Notes: a model not told the origin generated them from the letters alone. A stretch of DNA of 64,000 bases from an uncultured virus (IMG/VR IMGVR_UViG_3300030019_000031) (IMGVR_UViG_3300030019_000031), one strand, 5' to 3'; positions 8,697-19,506 are shown, counted from the stretch's first letter. Made by a program: numbers and translations.

Positions 8697-10127
8697 ATGC
8701 CCGAAGCCTTTACTAAGTTTTGGAATTTGGCATCTGGGCCTACTAACTCTGGCGTACTAAATATGTATGTTTATGGCGCTATCGTTTCTTCGCGTGGTTG
8801 GTTTAGTGATGACAGTGATGTTGCAACATCTTCGTTCTTAAAAGATTTGCAAAATTACCCTAATGCGAAGGTTATCAACGTTTATATAAACAGCCCTGGT
8901 GGTGAAGTTTTCGCCGCCGCTGCGATTATGAATCAGTTGAGAATCCACAGCGCCACTGTAAATACGTACATTGATGGTATTGCCGCTTCGGCTGCAACTG
9001 TCATTGCTATGGCAGGGGATAAAGTGTTTATGTCTAGATCCGCATTGATGATGATTCATAATCCATCGACGCGTGCTCAAGGCGACGCTGCTACCCTGCA
9101 AAAGTCTATCGAAGTTTTAAACAAGGTTAAAGACACAATTGTCGCAACCTACAAGGGTAAGACTAAGATGGATGATGCCGAGCTATCCGCTCTAATGGAT
9201 AGTGAAACGTGGCTTAGTGCCGATGAGGCACTAAAGCTTGGCTTTGTCGATAAGATTACCGAGGATAAGAGCGCTGAAATGGTAGTTGATGCCAACGACG
9301 AAGATGCATTCATGTATAATGGTGTGTCATTCGCTTTCAGCAATTTCTTGGATGCGGATAAGCTTAAAGAGAAGCTAAACAGTTTACATCCAACAATCAA
9401 AAGCAAACAGGAAGGAGCACCAGTTATGAATTTCCAAGATATCTTGAATACCATTGCTGCTGAGCAGCAAGCAACCATTAACAGTCATATCACGACTGTC
9501 ACAGATGCAGCTGTTACTGCCGCTATTACGGCTAAACAGTCTGTATGGGATGCAGAAAAGAAACTTCTTCAGGATAATTTGACTGTATGGGATGCAGAAA
9601 AGAAACTTCTTCAGGATAATTTGACTGCCGCTAATGCGAAAGTCACTACTCTTGAGCAAGCAACTGATTCTACATCCGCAGAGGATAAGATCCTCAACGC
9701 TATGCCAGAAGATGCGAGAAAGATGATCCTTGATGCAAGAGCCGCTGTACTCGTCGCTGAGAATAAACTCGCCGAAGCAGCTAATGCAAAAGCATTTGAG
9801 GATTTCAAAACATCAATGGCTGTCTATGACAAACTGCCGATTACAGCTACGGACACCGCAGCATTATTTACTTTAGCTACTGCCAACAAAGAACAGTTCG
9901 CTTCTGTTGAATCCTTGCTCAAAGTGGCCAACACTGCAATCAGCGGTGGTTATGTGTCCCTCGGCAGTAAAGAGGGATTGCCGGAATCCACCAACGCGGC
10001 TACAGAAGTCGATAATCGTGTCAAAAAGATGCGTACCGACAAGCCGGACATGTCTTACAACGACGCCGTCGCTGCAGTAATTGCAGCCGACCCTGACTTG
10101 TATGACCGTTATCGCAACCAAGAATAA
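8697..10127 (+). CDS. ClpP-like prohead protease fused to a scaffold-like domain
   Basis: INSPGGEV, IDGIAASAA, MMIHNP, ETWLSADEA motifs; AAAGGAGG RBS before ATG 8697; helical C-terminus. Confidence 0.9.
   Translation: MPEAFTKFWNLASGPTNSGVLNMYVYGAIVSSRGWFSDDSDVATSSFLKDLQNYPNAKVINVYINSPGGEVFAAAAIMNQLRIHSATVNTYIDGIAASAATVIAMAGDKVFMSRSALMMIHNPSTRAQGDAATLQKSIEVLNKVKDTIVATYKGKTKMDDAELSALMDSETWLSADEALKLGFVDKITEDKSAEMVVDANDEDAFMYNGVSFAFSNFLDADKLKEKLNSLHPTIKSKQEGAPVMNFQDILNTIAAEQQATINSHITTVTDAAVTAAITAKQSVWDAEKKLLQDNLTVWDAEKKLLQDNLTAANAKVTTLEQATDSTSAEDKILNAMPEDARKMILDARAAVLVAENKLAEAANAKAFEDFKTSMAVYDKLPITATDTAALFTLATANKEQFASVESLLKVANTAISGGYVSLGSKEGLPESTNAATEVDNRVKKMRTDKPDMSYNDAVAAVIAADPDLYDRYRNQE
9541..9624 (+). 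repeat. Perfect 42-bp tandem duplication (VWDAEKKLLQDNLT x2)
   Basis: Identical units at 9541-9582 and 9583-9624. Confidence 0.95.
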
Positions 10128-10156
10128 TATTTTTTCTGGAAAAGGAGGAAAATGTA

Positions 10157-10528
10157 ATGGCATTAGAACTTAAAGGTATGACAATCTCTCTTAAAGCTTC
10201 CGTTGACATGACAGGTAAGAAATATGTCCCTGTTAAGGTCACTGGGGAGCATATCTTCACTCCGTGCGCTGCAGCTGAACAAGCGGTAGGTTTCTTGCAA
10301 ACAGAAGTTAAACTGGGTGAAGCCGGTCAGGTCATGATCCAGGGTATTACTTTTGCAAAAGCCGCTGCTCCGATCGCTGCTGGCGTTGCTGTAGCAGTTG
10401 GTGCAAATAGCACTGTTGCTACTGCGACAGTAGGTCAAAAGGTTTGTGGTATCGCTCTTGATGCAGCTACAGCTGCTAACGATATCATCTCTGTTTTAAT
10501 CGGCAAGTACGACGCGCCGACAGCATAA
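10157..10528 (+). CDS. Capsid decoration/cement protein (DUF2190-like)
   Basis: Small Ala-rich protein between scaffold and MCP; GIALDAATAANDIISV. Confidence 0.75.
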   Translation: MALELKGMTISLKASVDMTGKKYVPVKVTGEHIFTPCAAAEQAVGFLQTEVKLGEAGQVMIQGITFAKAAAPIAAGVAVAVGANSTVATATVGQKVCGIALDAATAANDIISVLIGKYDAPTA

Positions 10529-10559
10529 TCAAATAACTTAACATAAGGAGGATATAACC

Positions 10560-11537
10560 ATGGCTAATCGTTCAGATTCGCATATTGACACAATGTTAAC
10601 CAACATCAGTGTTAAGTATATGCAAGACACTGCAAACTTTGTCGCGGATAAGGTTTTCCCATCCGTCCCTGTTGTGAAACAGTCTGACAGATATTTCATG
10701 TACAAAAAAGAAGACTGGTTCCGTGATGACGCTGAAGAGCGTGCAATCGGTACCGAATCCGCTGGCGGCGATTACGACATCGATAACACGCCAACATACT
10801 TCTGCAAGAAGTACGCATTCCATAAGGATGTCACTGAAGAGGATCGCACAAACTCCGATAGTCCTCTGACTCCTGATGAAGATGCTACAGAGTTCGTCGC
10901 TGACAAGATTTTGCTGAATAAGGAAAATAACTGGGCGAGAACTTACTTCAAAGCAGGTGTGTGGGCGCAGGATCTTGCAGGTGGCACAAGTGGCACCGCA
11001 GGCAAAGTTACCTACTGGAGCGACTATGCAAACTCTGATCCTGTCAGTGATATTGCCGACGTGGCAACTTCTATGGCAGAGCTTACGGGCCAACGTCCGA
11101 ATACCTTGACCCTTGGTCGTAGAGTATTTGATGTACTCCGTCAGCATCCGGATATCATCGATCGTATTAAATACACCCAGAAGGGTGTTGTCACTATGGA
11201 CCTTTTGGCTCAGTTGTTTGACGTGGAGCGCATTCTTGTGTGCAACTCCATCCAGAACATCGCCAAAAAGGGCCAGGATGCAAGCATGAAGTTCGTTATG
11301 GGTAATCACGCGTTGTTGACTTACTCCGCACCTACACCGAAGCTTAAAACTGCTACAGCTGGTTATACTTTTGTATGGTCTGGCTTAATGGGTTCTAATG
11401 CACTCGGTGGGAGAATCAACAGATTTGCTTTGCCTCAATTGGGCATCGGTACAGAACGTATCGAATGTGAGCTGGCTTACGATATGCGCGTTGTAGCTAA
11501 AGACATGGGCGCCTTCTTTGACGGTATCGTAGCTTAA
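10560..11537 (+). CDS. Major capsid protein
   Basis: Size, position, high-expression codon use; LTNISVKY..FVADKVFP, LRQHPDIIDRIKY. Confidence 0.9.
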   Translation: MANRSDSHIDTMLTNISVKYMQDTANFVADKVFPSVPVVKQSDRYFMYKKEDWFRDDAEERAIGTESAGGDYDIDNTPTYFCKKYAFHKDVTEEDRTNSDSPLTPDEDATEFVADKILLNKENNWARTYFKAGVWAQDLAGGTSGTAGKVTYWSDYANSDPVSDIADVATSMAELTGQRPNTLTLGRRVFDVLRQHPDIIDRIKYTQKGVVTMDLLAQLFDVERILVCNSIQNIAKKGQDASMKFVMGNHALLTYSAPTPKLKTATAGYTFVWSGLMGSNALGGRINRFALPQLGIGTERIECELAYDMRVVAKDMGAFFDGIVA

Positions 11538-11905
11538 TGTTACGTTATAGGGTTACGCGCCAGTGGGTTAAGCACAAAGGTAAAATGTATCTTGTGGGGG
11601 AACTTCTTCCTGTAGAATTCTCTGAAAGAGAAAAATTCAGAAACATCTATTCAAGTAGAATTGCTTCTGTTGATGTCCCTGATGAAGAGCTTGCAGTTGA
11701 AGGAATTGAAATTCCAGGTATCCCTGTGCAAGATGCTCCGCCTATTGTTCCTGAAAAGGAATTAAAAGCGGAAATTACACCTGCTGTGCCCTCAGAACCT
11801 ACTGGTACGGCAGCCCCGGCGGAGACGACAAAAGCTGTGGTGTCAACGAAGGTTGCTCCTGTAGTAACTACAACTGCGAAGAGTATTTCCGGCCAAACAA
11901 AGTAA
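11537..11905 (+). CDS. Hypothetical head-associated protein
   Basis: Coupled to MCP; P/T/A-rich tail. Confidence 0.65.
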   Translation: MLRYRVTRQWVKHKGKMYLVGELLPVEFSEREKFRNIYSSRIASVDVPDEELAVEGIEIPGIPVQDAPPIVPEKELKAEITPAVPSEPTGTAAPAETTKAVVSTKVAPVVTTTAKSISGQTK

Positions 11906-11918
11906 AGGAGGCGGTTGC

Positions 11919-12308
11919 ATGGCTTGGACTTATAAGCCCGAAGATATGGCAACTTCTCCGCGTGATCAAGTGCGTTTTCGTTTAGGTGATACGGATGTTA
12001 ATGATCCTCAGTTTCAAGATGAGGAGATCGACTTTATTCTAACTTTACGTAAGGACGATGTCATGGCAGTTTGCTATGATTGTTGTACTGTTATGATTGC
12101 TAGAATTTCTGGCATGGTCGATTATAAGTTAGGGCCGTATACGGAAACGTCTAGTGCCAGTCTAGGAAATTGGCAAGCGTTATTAGTAACATTTGCTAAT
12201 GGCTCTATTAATTGTTATGCACCGGTAATGCTTGAGCCGCTTACCAAGCCGGTATTTAATTACGATATGATGAGTCGAGATATATGTGAGGATAGACCAG
12301 ATGAATAA
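11919..12308 (+). CDS. Head-tail adaptor
   Basis: RDQVRFRLGDTD...FQDEEI motif; position. Confidence 0.75.
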   Translation: MAWTYKPEDMATSPRDQVRFRLGDTDVNDPQFQDEEIDFILTLRKDDVMAVCYDCCTVMIARISGMVDYKLGPYTETSSASLGNWQALLVTFANGSINCYAPVMLEPLTKPVFNYDMMSRDICEDRPDE

Positions 12309-12627
12309 TAGAGTTAAAAAAACTATATTCACTATGCCTTTCATAGTCGATTTCATGTCCCCTGCAGATAGTGTAGGTGATAGTACATTAATTAAGAGTG
12401 TTACTTTTAATGGGTATATTCAGGAAAAAATAGCAGTTGTTATTAACGCGAACGGTGAAGAAGAGACTTCCGGGGTACAAGTGTACGCTACGGGAGCTGA
12501 CATTGTAACTATTGACACTTCTTCCTTAGTATCGTGCTTAACATATAAATCACGTAAAATTATAAAACGTGATTGCTATTATAAACCTGGAGGTATTCCC
12601 GATGTAGGGGTGTTATATTTACCATGA
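12301..12627 (+). CDS. Head closure/neck protein
   Basis: Position; NANGEEETS motif; GAGGA RBS before ATG 12301. Confidence 0.6.
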   Translation: MNNRVKKTIFTMPFIVDFMSPADSVGDSTLIKSVTFNGYIQEKIAVVINANGEEETSGVQVYATGADIVTIDTSSLVSCLTYKSRKIIKRDCYYKPGGIPDVGVLYLP

Positions 12628-13043
12628 GTAAATTAACTATCACTATTAATAAAGGTAGTGCTAATAGATTAATTGCTAATCTGAACGCTAAGCAACGTGT
12701 TTTAATTAATGCCGCTAGTGAGGGTGTTCAAAATGTAGCAGACTTTGCGTTTGAGATGGCGCAAGAATCCGCGCCTGTAGTGTCTGGGGCTTTAAAGTCT
12801 AGTGGCCAGGTAACAAATACGGATTCGGGGGAAGTGATCAGGCGTACTATTAGTTATGGCACAAGCCTAACTAACCCCAGCGGCGATCCTACTTCGGAAT
12901 ATGCCGTTGATCGTCATGAGATGTATAACCCATATAAGCCGGAAGCTTATAAGTGGCTTGAACGAGCAGTTAGAAGTACTGGGGATGATCTGTTCCTAGA
13001 AGAAGTTGCGCGACTGTTAAGGCAAGCCATTGGATCACGTTAG
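12624..13043 (+). CDS. HK97 gp10-like neck protein
   Basis: APVVSGALKSS, EYAVDRHE, KWLERA. Confidence 0.75.
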   Translation: MSKLTITINKGSANRLIANLNAKQRVLINAASEGVQNVADFAFEMAQESAPVVSGALKSSGQVTNTDSGEVIRRTISYGTSLTNPSGDPTSEYAVDRHEMYNPYKPEAYKWLERAVRSTGDDLFLEEVARLLRQAIGSR

Positions 13044-13054
13044 GAGGTGTTATT

Positions 13055-13471
13055 ATGGATGAATTTTTACAAGCGCTTATTAAGTTTATGTCAGTCGCGG
13101 GCATAGTTCCGCCAGAAGTAACGCCTTCTGATACTGATCGAGAAAAGTCTTATTTGGGTTCATTACCTACCACACCTGATAAAGTAGTTATGTTTAAAAC
13201 ATACTATACAAATATTGCTTCACTTACACCTAAAAATGTAGGTGTAAAGTATATACAAGTAATATCTCGTGCGGCGAGTGAAAAGGTAGCGTTTGATCAA
13301 ATCCAGCAGGTGTATTTATTCTTATTAAAACGGCCAGAATTTATTGAGAATATATCAAGCAAGTATTGGTGTATTTTTGATGTTCGGAATGGGCCGATTC
13401 CGCTGTTAGCAGATAAGCAAGGGCGCCATATTTGGAGTCTTTCTTTTCCTGTTAAAACAAATCTTTATTAG
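13055..13471 (+). CDS. Tail terminator/completion protein
   Basis: Position before major tail; IQVISR, DKQGRH motifs. Confidence 0.65.
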   Translation: MDEFLQALIKFMSVAGIVPPEVTPSDTDREKSYLGSLPTTPDKVVMFKTYYTNIASLTPKNVGVKYIQVISRAASEKVAFDQIQQVYLFLLKRPEFIENISSKYWCIFDVRNGPIPLLADKQGRHIWSLSFPVKTNLY

Positions 13472-13486
13472 AAAGGTGATAAATAA

Positions 13487-14347
13487 ATGGCTACGATTGG
13501 TTTAAGAGACGTCTATTATGCTTTGCTTATCGAAGATCCCATTACGGGTCTTCCAACCTATGCAACGCCGGTTAAGGTAAAGGGTGCTATGTCAGCGAAC
13601 ATGGATCCTAATACTTCCTCTGAAACTTTATTCTCTGATGATGGCCCTAGTGATACGGCTGCTACCTTAGGTAAGATTTCGTTGGAACTTAACCTGGCTG
13701 ATATTCCATTACCAATTCAGGCAGTTTGGCTCGGTCATACGTACCAGAATGGTATTCTGAAACGTAAGGGTGGCGATACTCCGCCTTGGTTGGCAATTGG
13801 TTACCGTACACTGAAATCCAGTGGTGCCTATCGTTATACGTGGCTTAACAAAGGTAAATTCTCTATTCCGAAAGAGGAATATGCTACGAAGGGTGATTCG
13901 ATTGAGTTTAAAACTCCTACAATCACTGGTGCCTTTGCAAAGCGTGATTGTGATGATGAGTGGGAACGTTCTTGTGATGAAGATGAGGTGGCATTCTTGC
14001 CTTCTTATGTAGATACATGGTTCCTTGATCCGGTAACACCTGAAGGTGCATCGATTAAGGCTTTGTATGGTCTTGTCACAGAAGTAACACTTTCCGGCAT
14101 TAAATCCATGGCGGGTAAAACGGTGGCTATTGTTGCTGCTGCTGACACGCCTATTGGTAGTGAAACGGCGGAGTGGGCAACAACCACACTTACGATTACG
14201 TTGCATGATACAAGTGTGTATTCAGCAGCGGTATTGCAAGCGCTCATCAATGATGCTACCGGCACTGTCCCAGGCAGAATTACGATCCGCTTAAGTGAGG
14301 ATCTTACAGCAGCGACTGCTACTGTATTTAGTAAAACTTTGGTCTAA
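13487..14347 (+). CDS. Major tail protein (phi13-like) with C-terminal extension
   Basis: IGLRDVYYA, LFSDDG, AIGYR..KS.GAYRY.WL.KGKF, TKGDSIEF. Confidence 0.9.
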   Translation: MATIGLRDVYYALLIEDPITGLPTYATPVKVKGAMSANMDPNTSSETLFSDDGPSDTAATLGKISLELNLADIPLPIQAVWLGHTYQNGILKRKGGDTPPWLAIGYRTLKSSGAYRYTWLNKGKFSIPKEEYATKGDSIEFKTPTITGAFAKRDCDDEWERSCDEDEVAFLPSYVDTWFLDPVTPEGASIKALYGLVTEVTLSGIKSMAGKTVAIVAAADTPIGSETAEWATTTLTITLHDTSVYSAAVLQALINDATGTVPGRITIRLSEDLTAATATVFSKTLV

Positions 14348-14374
14348 TTCTAAAATCAGGAGGAGGAGAGTTCC

Positions 14375-14854
14375 ATGAGTAATATTACTGAGATTAAAGC
14401 CAATGGCGAAGTGGATAAGGGGAATCTTGCCGATATCAAGATCCCCTCTGATGCTTATGCCATTGGTGTCTTCGATGACAAGATGAGGTATGTTCGATTT
14501 GATTTGAATGCTTTCGCTGAGATGGAGCGTATTTACGGTTCCATGGAGGCAGCTAATGCAGCCTTGTCAAAAGGATCTATGATTGAAATTCGTAAGATTC
14601 TTTGGTTAGGTCTTATTTGGAATGAAGCAGTACTTGATGAGATCACAGGTGAGCCTATTAAGTACAATATCACAATCTATCAGGTTGGTGGCTGGCTTAC
14701 AGCACAGAACATGAAAGCCGTTATGGCGAACCTCATGTCAGCTATTAATGGCTCAATGCCGGCAGAAGATGCTGAAGAGAAGACTTCAGCAGTACCTGCT
14801 ACATCTTTAACAGAAGATGCAGTTAAGGCCGCTGGTCAAAGCCCAAACAGCTAA
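14375..14854 (+). CDS. Tail assembly chaperone (gpG-like)
   Basis: RFDLNAFAEMERIYGS; ends in P-N at a slippery site. Confidence 0.85.
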   Translation: MSNITEIKANGEVDKGNLADIKIPSDAYAIGVFDDKMRYVRFDLNAFAEMERIYGSMEAANAALSKGSMIEIRKILWLGLIWNEAVLDEITGEPIKYNITIYQVGGWLTAQNMKAVMANLMSAINGSMPAEDAEEKTSAVPATSLTEDAVKAAGQSPNS

Positions 14855-15093
14855 AGCCCAGTTCCAACTGGGATTGGGCATTATACTATTACGTAGGGAC
14901 AGTTATTTTAAGGATGACACCAGCACAGTTTTGGCGATGTAATCCAAGAAAGTTTAACGCCTTATGTAAAGTGCATGCCGATCTGAATAATCCGAAACCG
15001 AAGTCATCGCAAGGGGATTCTCCTTCACCAAAAGGAAGAGAGATCACCGCAATCGGACAACCAGATACGTTCATAGATGAATTAATGCCTTAA
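14842..15093 (+). CDS. -1 frameshift extension of the tail chaperone (gpGT-like)
   Basis: C CCA AAC at 14842-14848; -1 frame reads WDWALYYYVGTVILRMTPAQFWRCNPRKF to TAA 15093. Confidence 0.8.
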   Translation, partial: PKQLKPSSNWDWALYYYVGTVILRMTPAQFWRCNPRKFNALCKVHADLNNPKPKSSQGDSPSPKGREITAIGQPDTFIDELMP

Positions 15094-15111
15094 TTAAAGG
15101 GAGGGATAAAC

Positions 15112-18100
15112 ATGTCAACAGAAGTAGGTAGTCTACAGGCTGGTTTATCCCTGGATATATCTTCTTTCATGAGCAGTATGACTGAAGCTACAAACCTTGT
15201 AAGGTCTTTTGGACAACAGTTGCAGGAGGCCTTGGGAGGAAATTTCTCTCAAGGCTTTCAGGCTGTTCAAAGGCAAGTAGGTGAGTTGCAACAGAGTATT
15301 GTATCATTACAAGGTCAAATGTCTAGCTTTGCCGCGTCCACTCAAATGGAAGGTTCAGTTAGTGGCTTTGAAAAGATGCAAGAGTATTCTGCTTGGATTG
15401 GAGAAGATATTTCCGGGGTTACTACAGGAGTAGCAGATTTAGCAAATAGTGTTGATGGCGCTGCTACAAAAATAGGTGGTCTAGCAAATGGTTTTGATGA
15501 TGCTACTCAAGGGGCTAAGGAAACAGCAACAGGGGCAGCTGCAGTAGGCACATCTACAGATTCCGCAGGTAGAAGCGCTAAGGTGCTTAAAAATGAATTA
15601 GGTAATAGTGCTAATGCCGCTAATAAGGTATCTGGTGCTACTAAATCATTAGCCACGGATATGTCGCGTATAGTTTCTGGTATCGTTATTTCGCAAGGGT
15701 TTTATAAGATGTTAAATGTCGTAGAAGGGTTAGTAAGTGGTTCCGCCGATTTCATGAATAACATGGCGCAAGCGCAAATAGCCTATACGCATTTACTTGG
15801 TAGTGCAACAGATGCAAAATCTATGATTACATCGATGCAAGATTTTGCTGTGGCATCTCCTCTTGATACCGCTGCTACAATGAATGCTTCCAGACAATTA
15901 ATGGCGATGGGCTTCTCTGCAAAATCTGTAATTCCTACATTACGTACATTGGCTGATACGGCTTCAGTATTTTCTAGTAGCGATAGTGGTATCGATGATA
16001 TGATTTCACGTATGACACTGGCTATTGGGCAGATTAAAGCTTCTGGAACAATGATGGGGCAGGAAATGCGCCAATTGTATAATGCGGGTATACCTGTATT
16101 TGAAATCTTTAAAGAGCAGTTGGGGTTAACGGCAAATCAGATACGTAATATAGGTAAGCAAGGGATAAGTGCAGATGTAGCTATTACTGCATTACTTAAA
16201 GGTATGCAGAAACGTTACGCAGGCGCTGCTAAAGAATTTACACAAACTATCCCAGGTGCTTTTTCTACTATTGAAGATAGTTTAAACATTATCTTCAATG
16301 ATGCTTTCCAAGTACCTTATCAACAGTTATCCAAGTGGATAAATATGATTTCTACTAGGGTTCAGGCTTTAGCCGTAATCACAAGAGCATATGGTTCTGG
16401 TGGTTTAGTGTCTGCTATTTTTCCTCCTGCTTTAATGCCGGCTATACGTAATGTTGTTGGTGCATTACAGCAATTGGGAAGTGCCATGAGCTTCTTAGGT
16501 AAAATTGCTGGTGAAGTGTTTGGTTCAATGGCCACAATTATGATGCAAGTTTTAAGCTATGTGTTACCTCCCATATCTATTCTTGTTAATGCTCTGGCGC
16601 AAATGGCTTATTGGGTTATTGCAAACGTACCAGGGTTAAAACAACTATTGGGTATAGTGGCCGCTTATGCTATCGTGTTATTACTTGCTAAATCCTTTAT
16701 GCTACTTTGGAATGTTTTGAAAATAGGCGCTATATGTACTTGGTTAGCACAGCAGTTCGCATTATTATGGGGCACAATGAAAGCTTCGGTTGCTTTCTTT
16801 GCCGCAAATAAATGGGCAATTGCTTTGATGCTTATCGTTGCTGCATTAGTGGCCTTAATAATGACTTCTGAACGTGCTCGAGCGTCACTATCAAAGCTAT
16901 TTGGTGCTTTCTCGCAAGGGGCTAATAAAACAGTTTCGCCGTCATTGAATATAGGTTTTGATCCGAATAAGATTTTACAACCTACATTTAAAGCGGCTGA
17001 ACCTAGTGCAAATAAGTATAACGGTACTTTAGCCGATATCGCGGATAATTTAGACGATGTAGGTAAGAATGCCGATAAGACTAAAAATAAGTTAAAGGAT
17101 ACGTTTAATCAGTCTTTTGATGAGGTGTATAGTATCGATCCTACCAAGGATACCGATGCCGCTTCAACATTAGGTTTGGATAAACTTGATGAATTATCTA
17201 AGGGCTTAACTGGAGTACAGGATCAGCTGGATGACCTTAAAATGTCGGGCGATTTTGCTAAAGACTGGGGAGCTATTAATCCAGATAGTTTACTTGGTGG
17301 ATTTGACTTAAAGACATGGTCTAATACATTTTGGCAACAATTGGTTCAAGCGTTTCAAGCCCCAGAGTGGGTTGGAACTAGTATCGGCGCTCTTATAGGT
17401 GGTGCCATTGGTTTGGCTATTGGTCATCCATTAATAGGGGCTGCTGTCGGTGCTTTAATTGGTTATATAGTCGGTTTGTTTTGGCCTGAGATTCAGAAAC
17501 AATTAGGTATATCCGCATTTCAAATGATCGGAACATCTATTGGTGCCGGTCTTGGCTTTGCAATAGGTTGGGCCGTAGCTGGTCCAACAGGAGCTCTTAT
17601 CGGTGCTGCTATTGGCGCACTTGTAGGTAATATCGGTGGAATGCTTGCCGATGGTTTCATTAATGGTAAATGGAATTATAATGGCTTAAGTACTTCAATT
17701 GGTATAGGCATTGGCGCTGCTATCGGAATGGTAGTTGGTGGTCCTGCTGGCGCCGCAATTGGTGCTGCTATCGGTGGATTGGTAGGAGATATCGTCGGTA
17801 AGATTATCACCGGATTTAAGACAGGAAAGTGGGATTCAAAGGCAATAGCTTTACCACTAGGAACTCTTATTGGAGCCGGTATTGGTATGGTTATGGGCGG
17901 CCCGGCTGGTGCTGCTATAGGCGCAGCGATAGGTACTTTAGTAGGCGATGTTATGGGTAAGGTAACTGATGGCTTTGCTACTGGTAAATGGGATACGGCA
18001 GGTATAGCCGCCCCATTAGGGGTACTTATTGGTGGTGCAATTGGCATGGTCGTAGGTGGTCCAGGTGGTGCTCTTATAGGTGCCGCTATTGGTGCCCTAG

Positions 18101-19506
18101 TAGGTTGGATAGCTACACAGATTCAAAATAACTGGCCAGCTATTTCAGCTAAGTTCAATCAGATGGGCACTGATATATCAAAGGGATTTGCTGGCGCTAA
18201 AGCAAGTGTTGGTACTTTCATTAATGATTGTGGTGCCAATCTAAATACCTTCTTTAATAAAACTCTTCCCGATGGTGCTACTAGTGCAAAGAATTCTATT
18301 GGTGATGCTTTTAATACGGCAAAAACAAATGTAACTACCGCATGGGCACCAGTAGATAGTTGGTTCAAAACAAATGTTTGGACTCCAGTATCTGATGCAG
18401 GTGTAACAGGTATTAATATCGCGGTAGGTGCTTTTGACAAAGCAAATACGGATATTAATAACGATTGGCAACCTGTATCCGATTGGTTCCAAAAAAATGT
18501 ATGGGCACCAATGTCTAATGATGCCACTAATATGAATAAATCGGTTACGACAGGATTCAATACAGCTAGAACAGGAGTACAGACTGATTGGGGTAATTTC
18601 TCCACCTGGTTTGGTACCAATGTTTGGACGCCCGTACAAAATGGGGCGACTGCTGTGAAGACAGATTTAGGTAACAAGTTCAATGAAGCTAAAGCAGGAA
18701 TAAACACTAATTGGTCTAATTTTTCTACTTGGTTTGGTACTAACGTTTGGTCACCTTTAAAAGCGGGTGTAGCTGACACTAAACAAAATCTTGGTGATAA
18801 GTTTAATGAAGCTAAAGCCAATATACAGGGTGGCTGGAATACAGTAAGCGCTTGGTTTGGTGCTAATGTATGGACGCCAGTAACAGCAGATGCTACAAAG
18901 ATTGGTAGTTGGATTGGCACTAAGTTTGGTGAAGCTAAAGATTCGATTACAGGGGCTTGGGTTAATATTGGCACCTGGTTCCAAACAAATGTATGGGATC
19001 CTTTAACAAAGGGCTTTACCACAGTGTTTGGTTGGATTGGTGACAGAATCAAAGATCTTAAAAATGCTTTAGGTGGATTAGCCGATGCTGGTTCTAAACA
19101 AACTGGTCTTAAGACTTCTACCGGAGCTGCCTCTGTTTTCTCTAGCGGTTATGCTAATGGCGGTATAGTTGGTGATATCTCAGGCGCACGTGTAATTGGC
19201 CATGCAACTGGTGGTATCTTCAATAGAGAGCATGTAGCTACATTTGCTGAAGGGGGTAAATCTGAAGCAATTATCCCATTACAGAATGAAGCCGCTATGG
19301 CACCATTTGTCGAAGCAGTTGCAACGCGTTTAGCACAAATTCAAGGTAATCAAGAACAAGAAGTTACTTACGGTGCTGAGAGTGCTCAACAGCCTATTTA
19401 TGCAATCGTAGGTACTTTAATTGCAGATGATGCCGGGTTAAAGAAGTTAGAGCGTAAACTTACCATTATTCGTAAAAGCGAAGATGGCAGGATATTAAAT
19501 CAATAA
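15112..19506 (+). CDS. Tape measure protein
   Basis: 1464 aa; tape-measure domain, GPAGAAIGAAIG repeats, WF..NVW repeats, ATGG/AEGG motifs. Confidence 0.95.
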   Translation: MSTEVGSLQAGLSLDISSFMSSMTEATNLVRSFGQQLQEALGGNFSQGFQAVQRQVGELQQSIVSLQGQMSSFAASTQMEGSVSGFEKMQEYSAWIGEDISGVTTGVADLANSVDGAATKIGGLANGFDDATQGAKETATGAAAVGTSTDSAGRSAKVLKNELGNSANAANKVSGATKSLATDMSRIVSGIVISQGFYKMLNVVEGLVSGSADFMNNMAQAQIAYTHLLGSATDAKSMITSMQDFAVASPLDTAATMNASRQLMAMGFSAKSVIPTLRTLADTASVFSSSDSGIDDMISRMTLAIGQIKASGTMMGQEMRQLYNAGIPVFEIFKEQLGLTANQIRNIGKQGISADVAITALLKGMQKRYAGAAKEFTQTIPGAFSTIEDSLNIIFNDAFQVPYQQLSKWINMISTRVQALAVITRAYGSGGLVSAIFPPALMPAIRNVVGALQQLGSAMSFLGKIAGEVFGSMATIMMQVLSYVLPPISILVNALAQMAYWVIANVPGLKQLLGIVAAYAIVLLLAKSFMLLWNVLKIGAICTWLAQQFALLWGTMKASVAFFAANKWAIALMLIVAALVALIMTSERARASLSKLFGAFSQGANKTVSPSLNIGFDPNKILQPTFKAAEPSANKYNGTLADIADNLDDVGKNADKTKNKLKDTFNQSFDEVYSIDPTKDTDAASTLGLDKLDELSKGLTGVQDQLDDLKMSGDFAKDWGAINPDSLLGGFDLKTWSNTFWQQLVQAFQAPEWVGTSIGALIGGAIGLAIGHPLIGAAVGALIGYIVGLFWPEIQKQLGISAFQMIGTSIGAGLGFAIGWAVAGPTGALIGAAIGALVGNIGGMLADGFINGKWNYNGLSTSIGIGIGAAIGMVVGGPAGAAIGAAIGGLVGDIVGKIITGFKTGKWDSKAIALPLGTLIGAGIGMVMGGPAGAAIGAAIGTLVGDVMGKVTDGFATGKWDTAGIAAPLGVLIGGAIGMVVGGPGGALIGAAIGALVGWIATQIQNNWPAISAKFNQMGTDISKGFAGAKASVGTFINDCGANLNTFFNKTLPDGATSAKNSIGDAFNTAKTNVTTAWAPVDSWFKTNVWTPVSDAGVTGINIAVGAFDKANTDINNDWQPVSDWFQKNVWAPMSNDATNMNKSVTTGFNTARTGVQTDWGNFSTWFGTNVWTPVQNGATAVKTDLGNKFNEAKAGINTNWSNFSTWFGTNVWSPLKAGVADTKQNLGDKFNEAKANIQGGWNTVSAWFGANVWTPVTADATKIGSWIGTKFGEAKDSITGAWVNIGTWFQTNVWDPLTKGFTTVFGWIGDRIKDLKNALGGLADAGSKQTGLKTSTGAASVFSSGYANGGIVGDISGARVIGHATGGIFNREHVATFAEGGKSEAIIPLQNEAAMAPFVEAVATRLAQIQGNQEQEVTYGAESAQQPIYAIVGTLIADDAGLKKLERKLTIIRKSEDGRILNQ

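Noticed and set aside
10596..19052. Long antisense ORFs opposite capsid, tail and tape measure genes
   Set aside because: Expected by-products of biased codon usage
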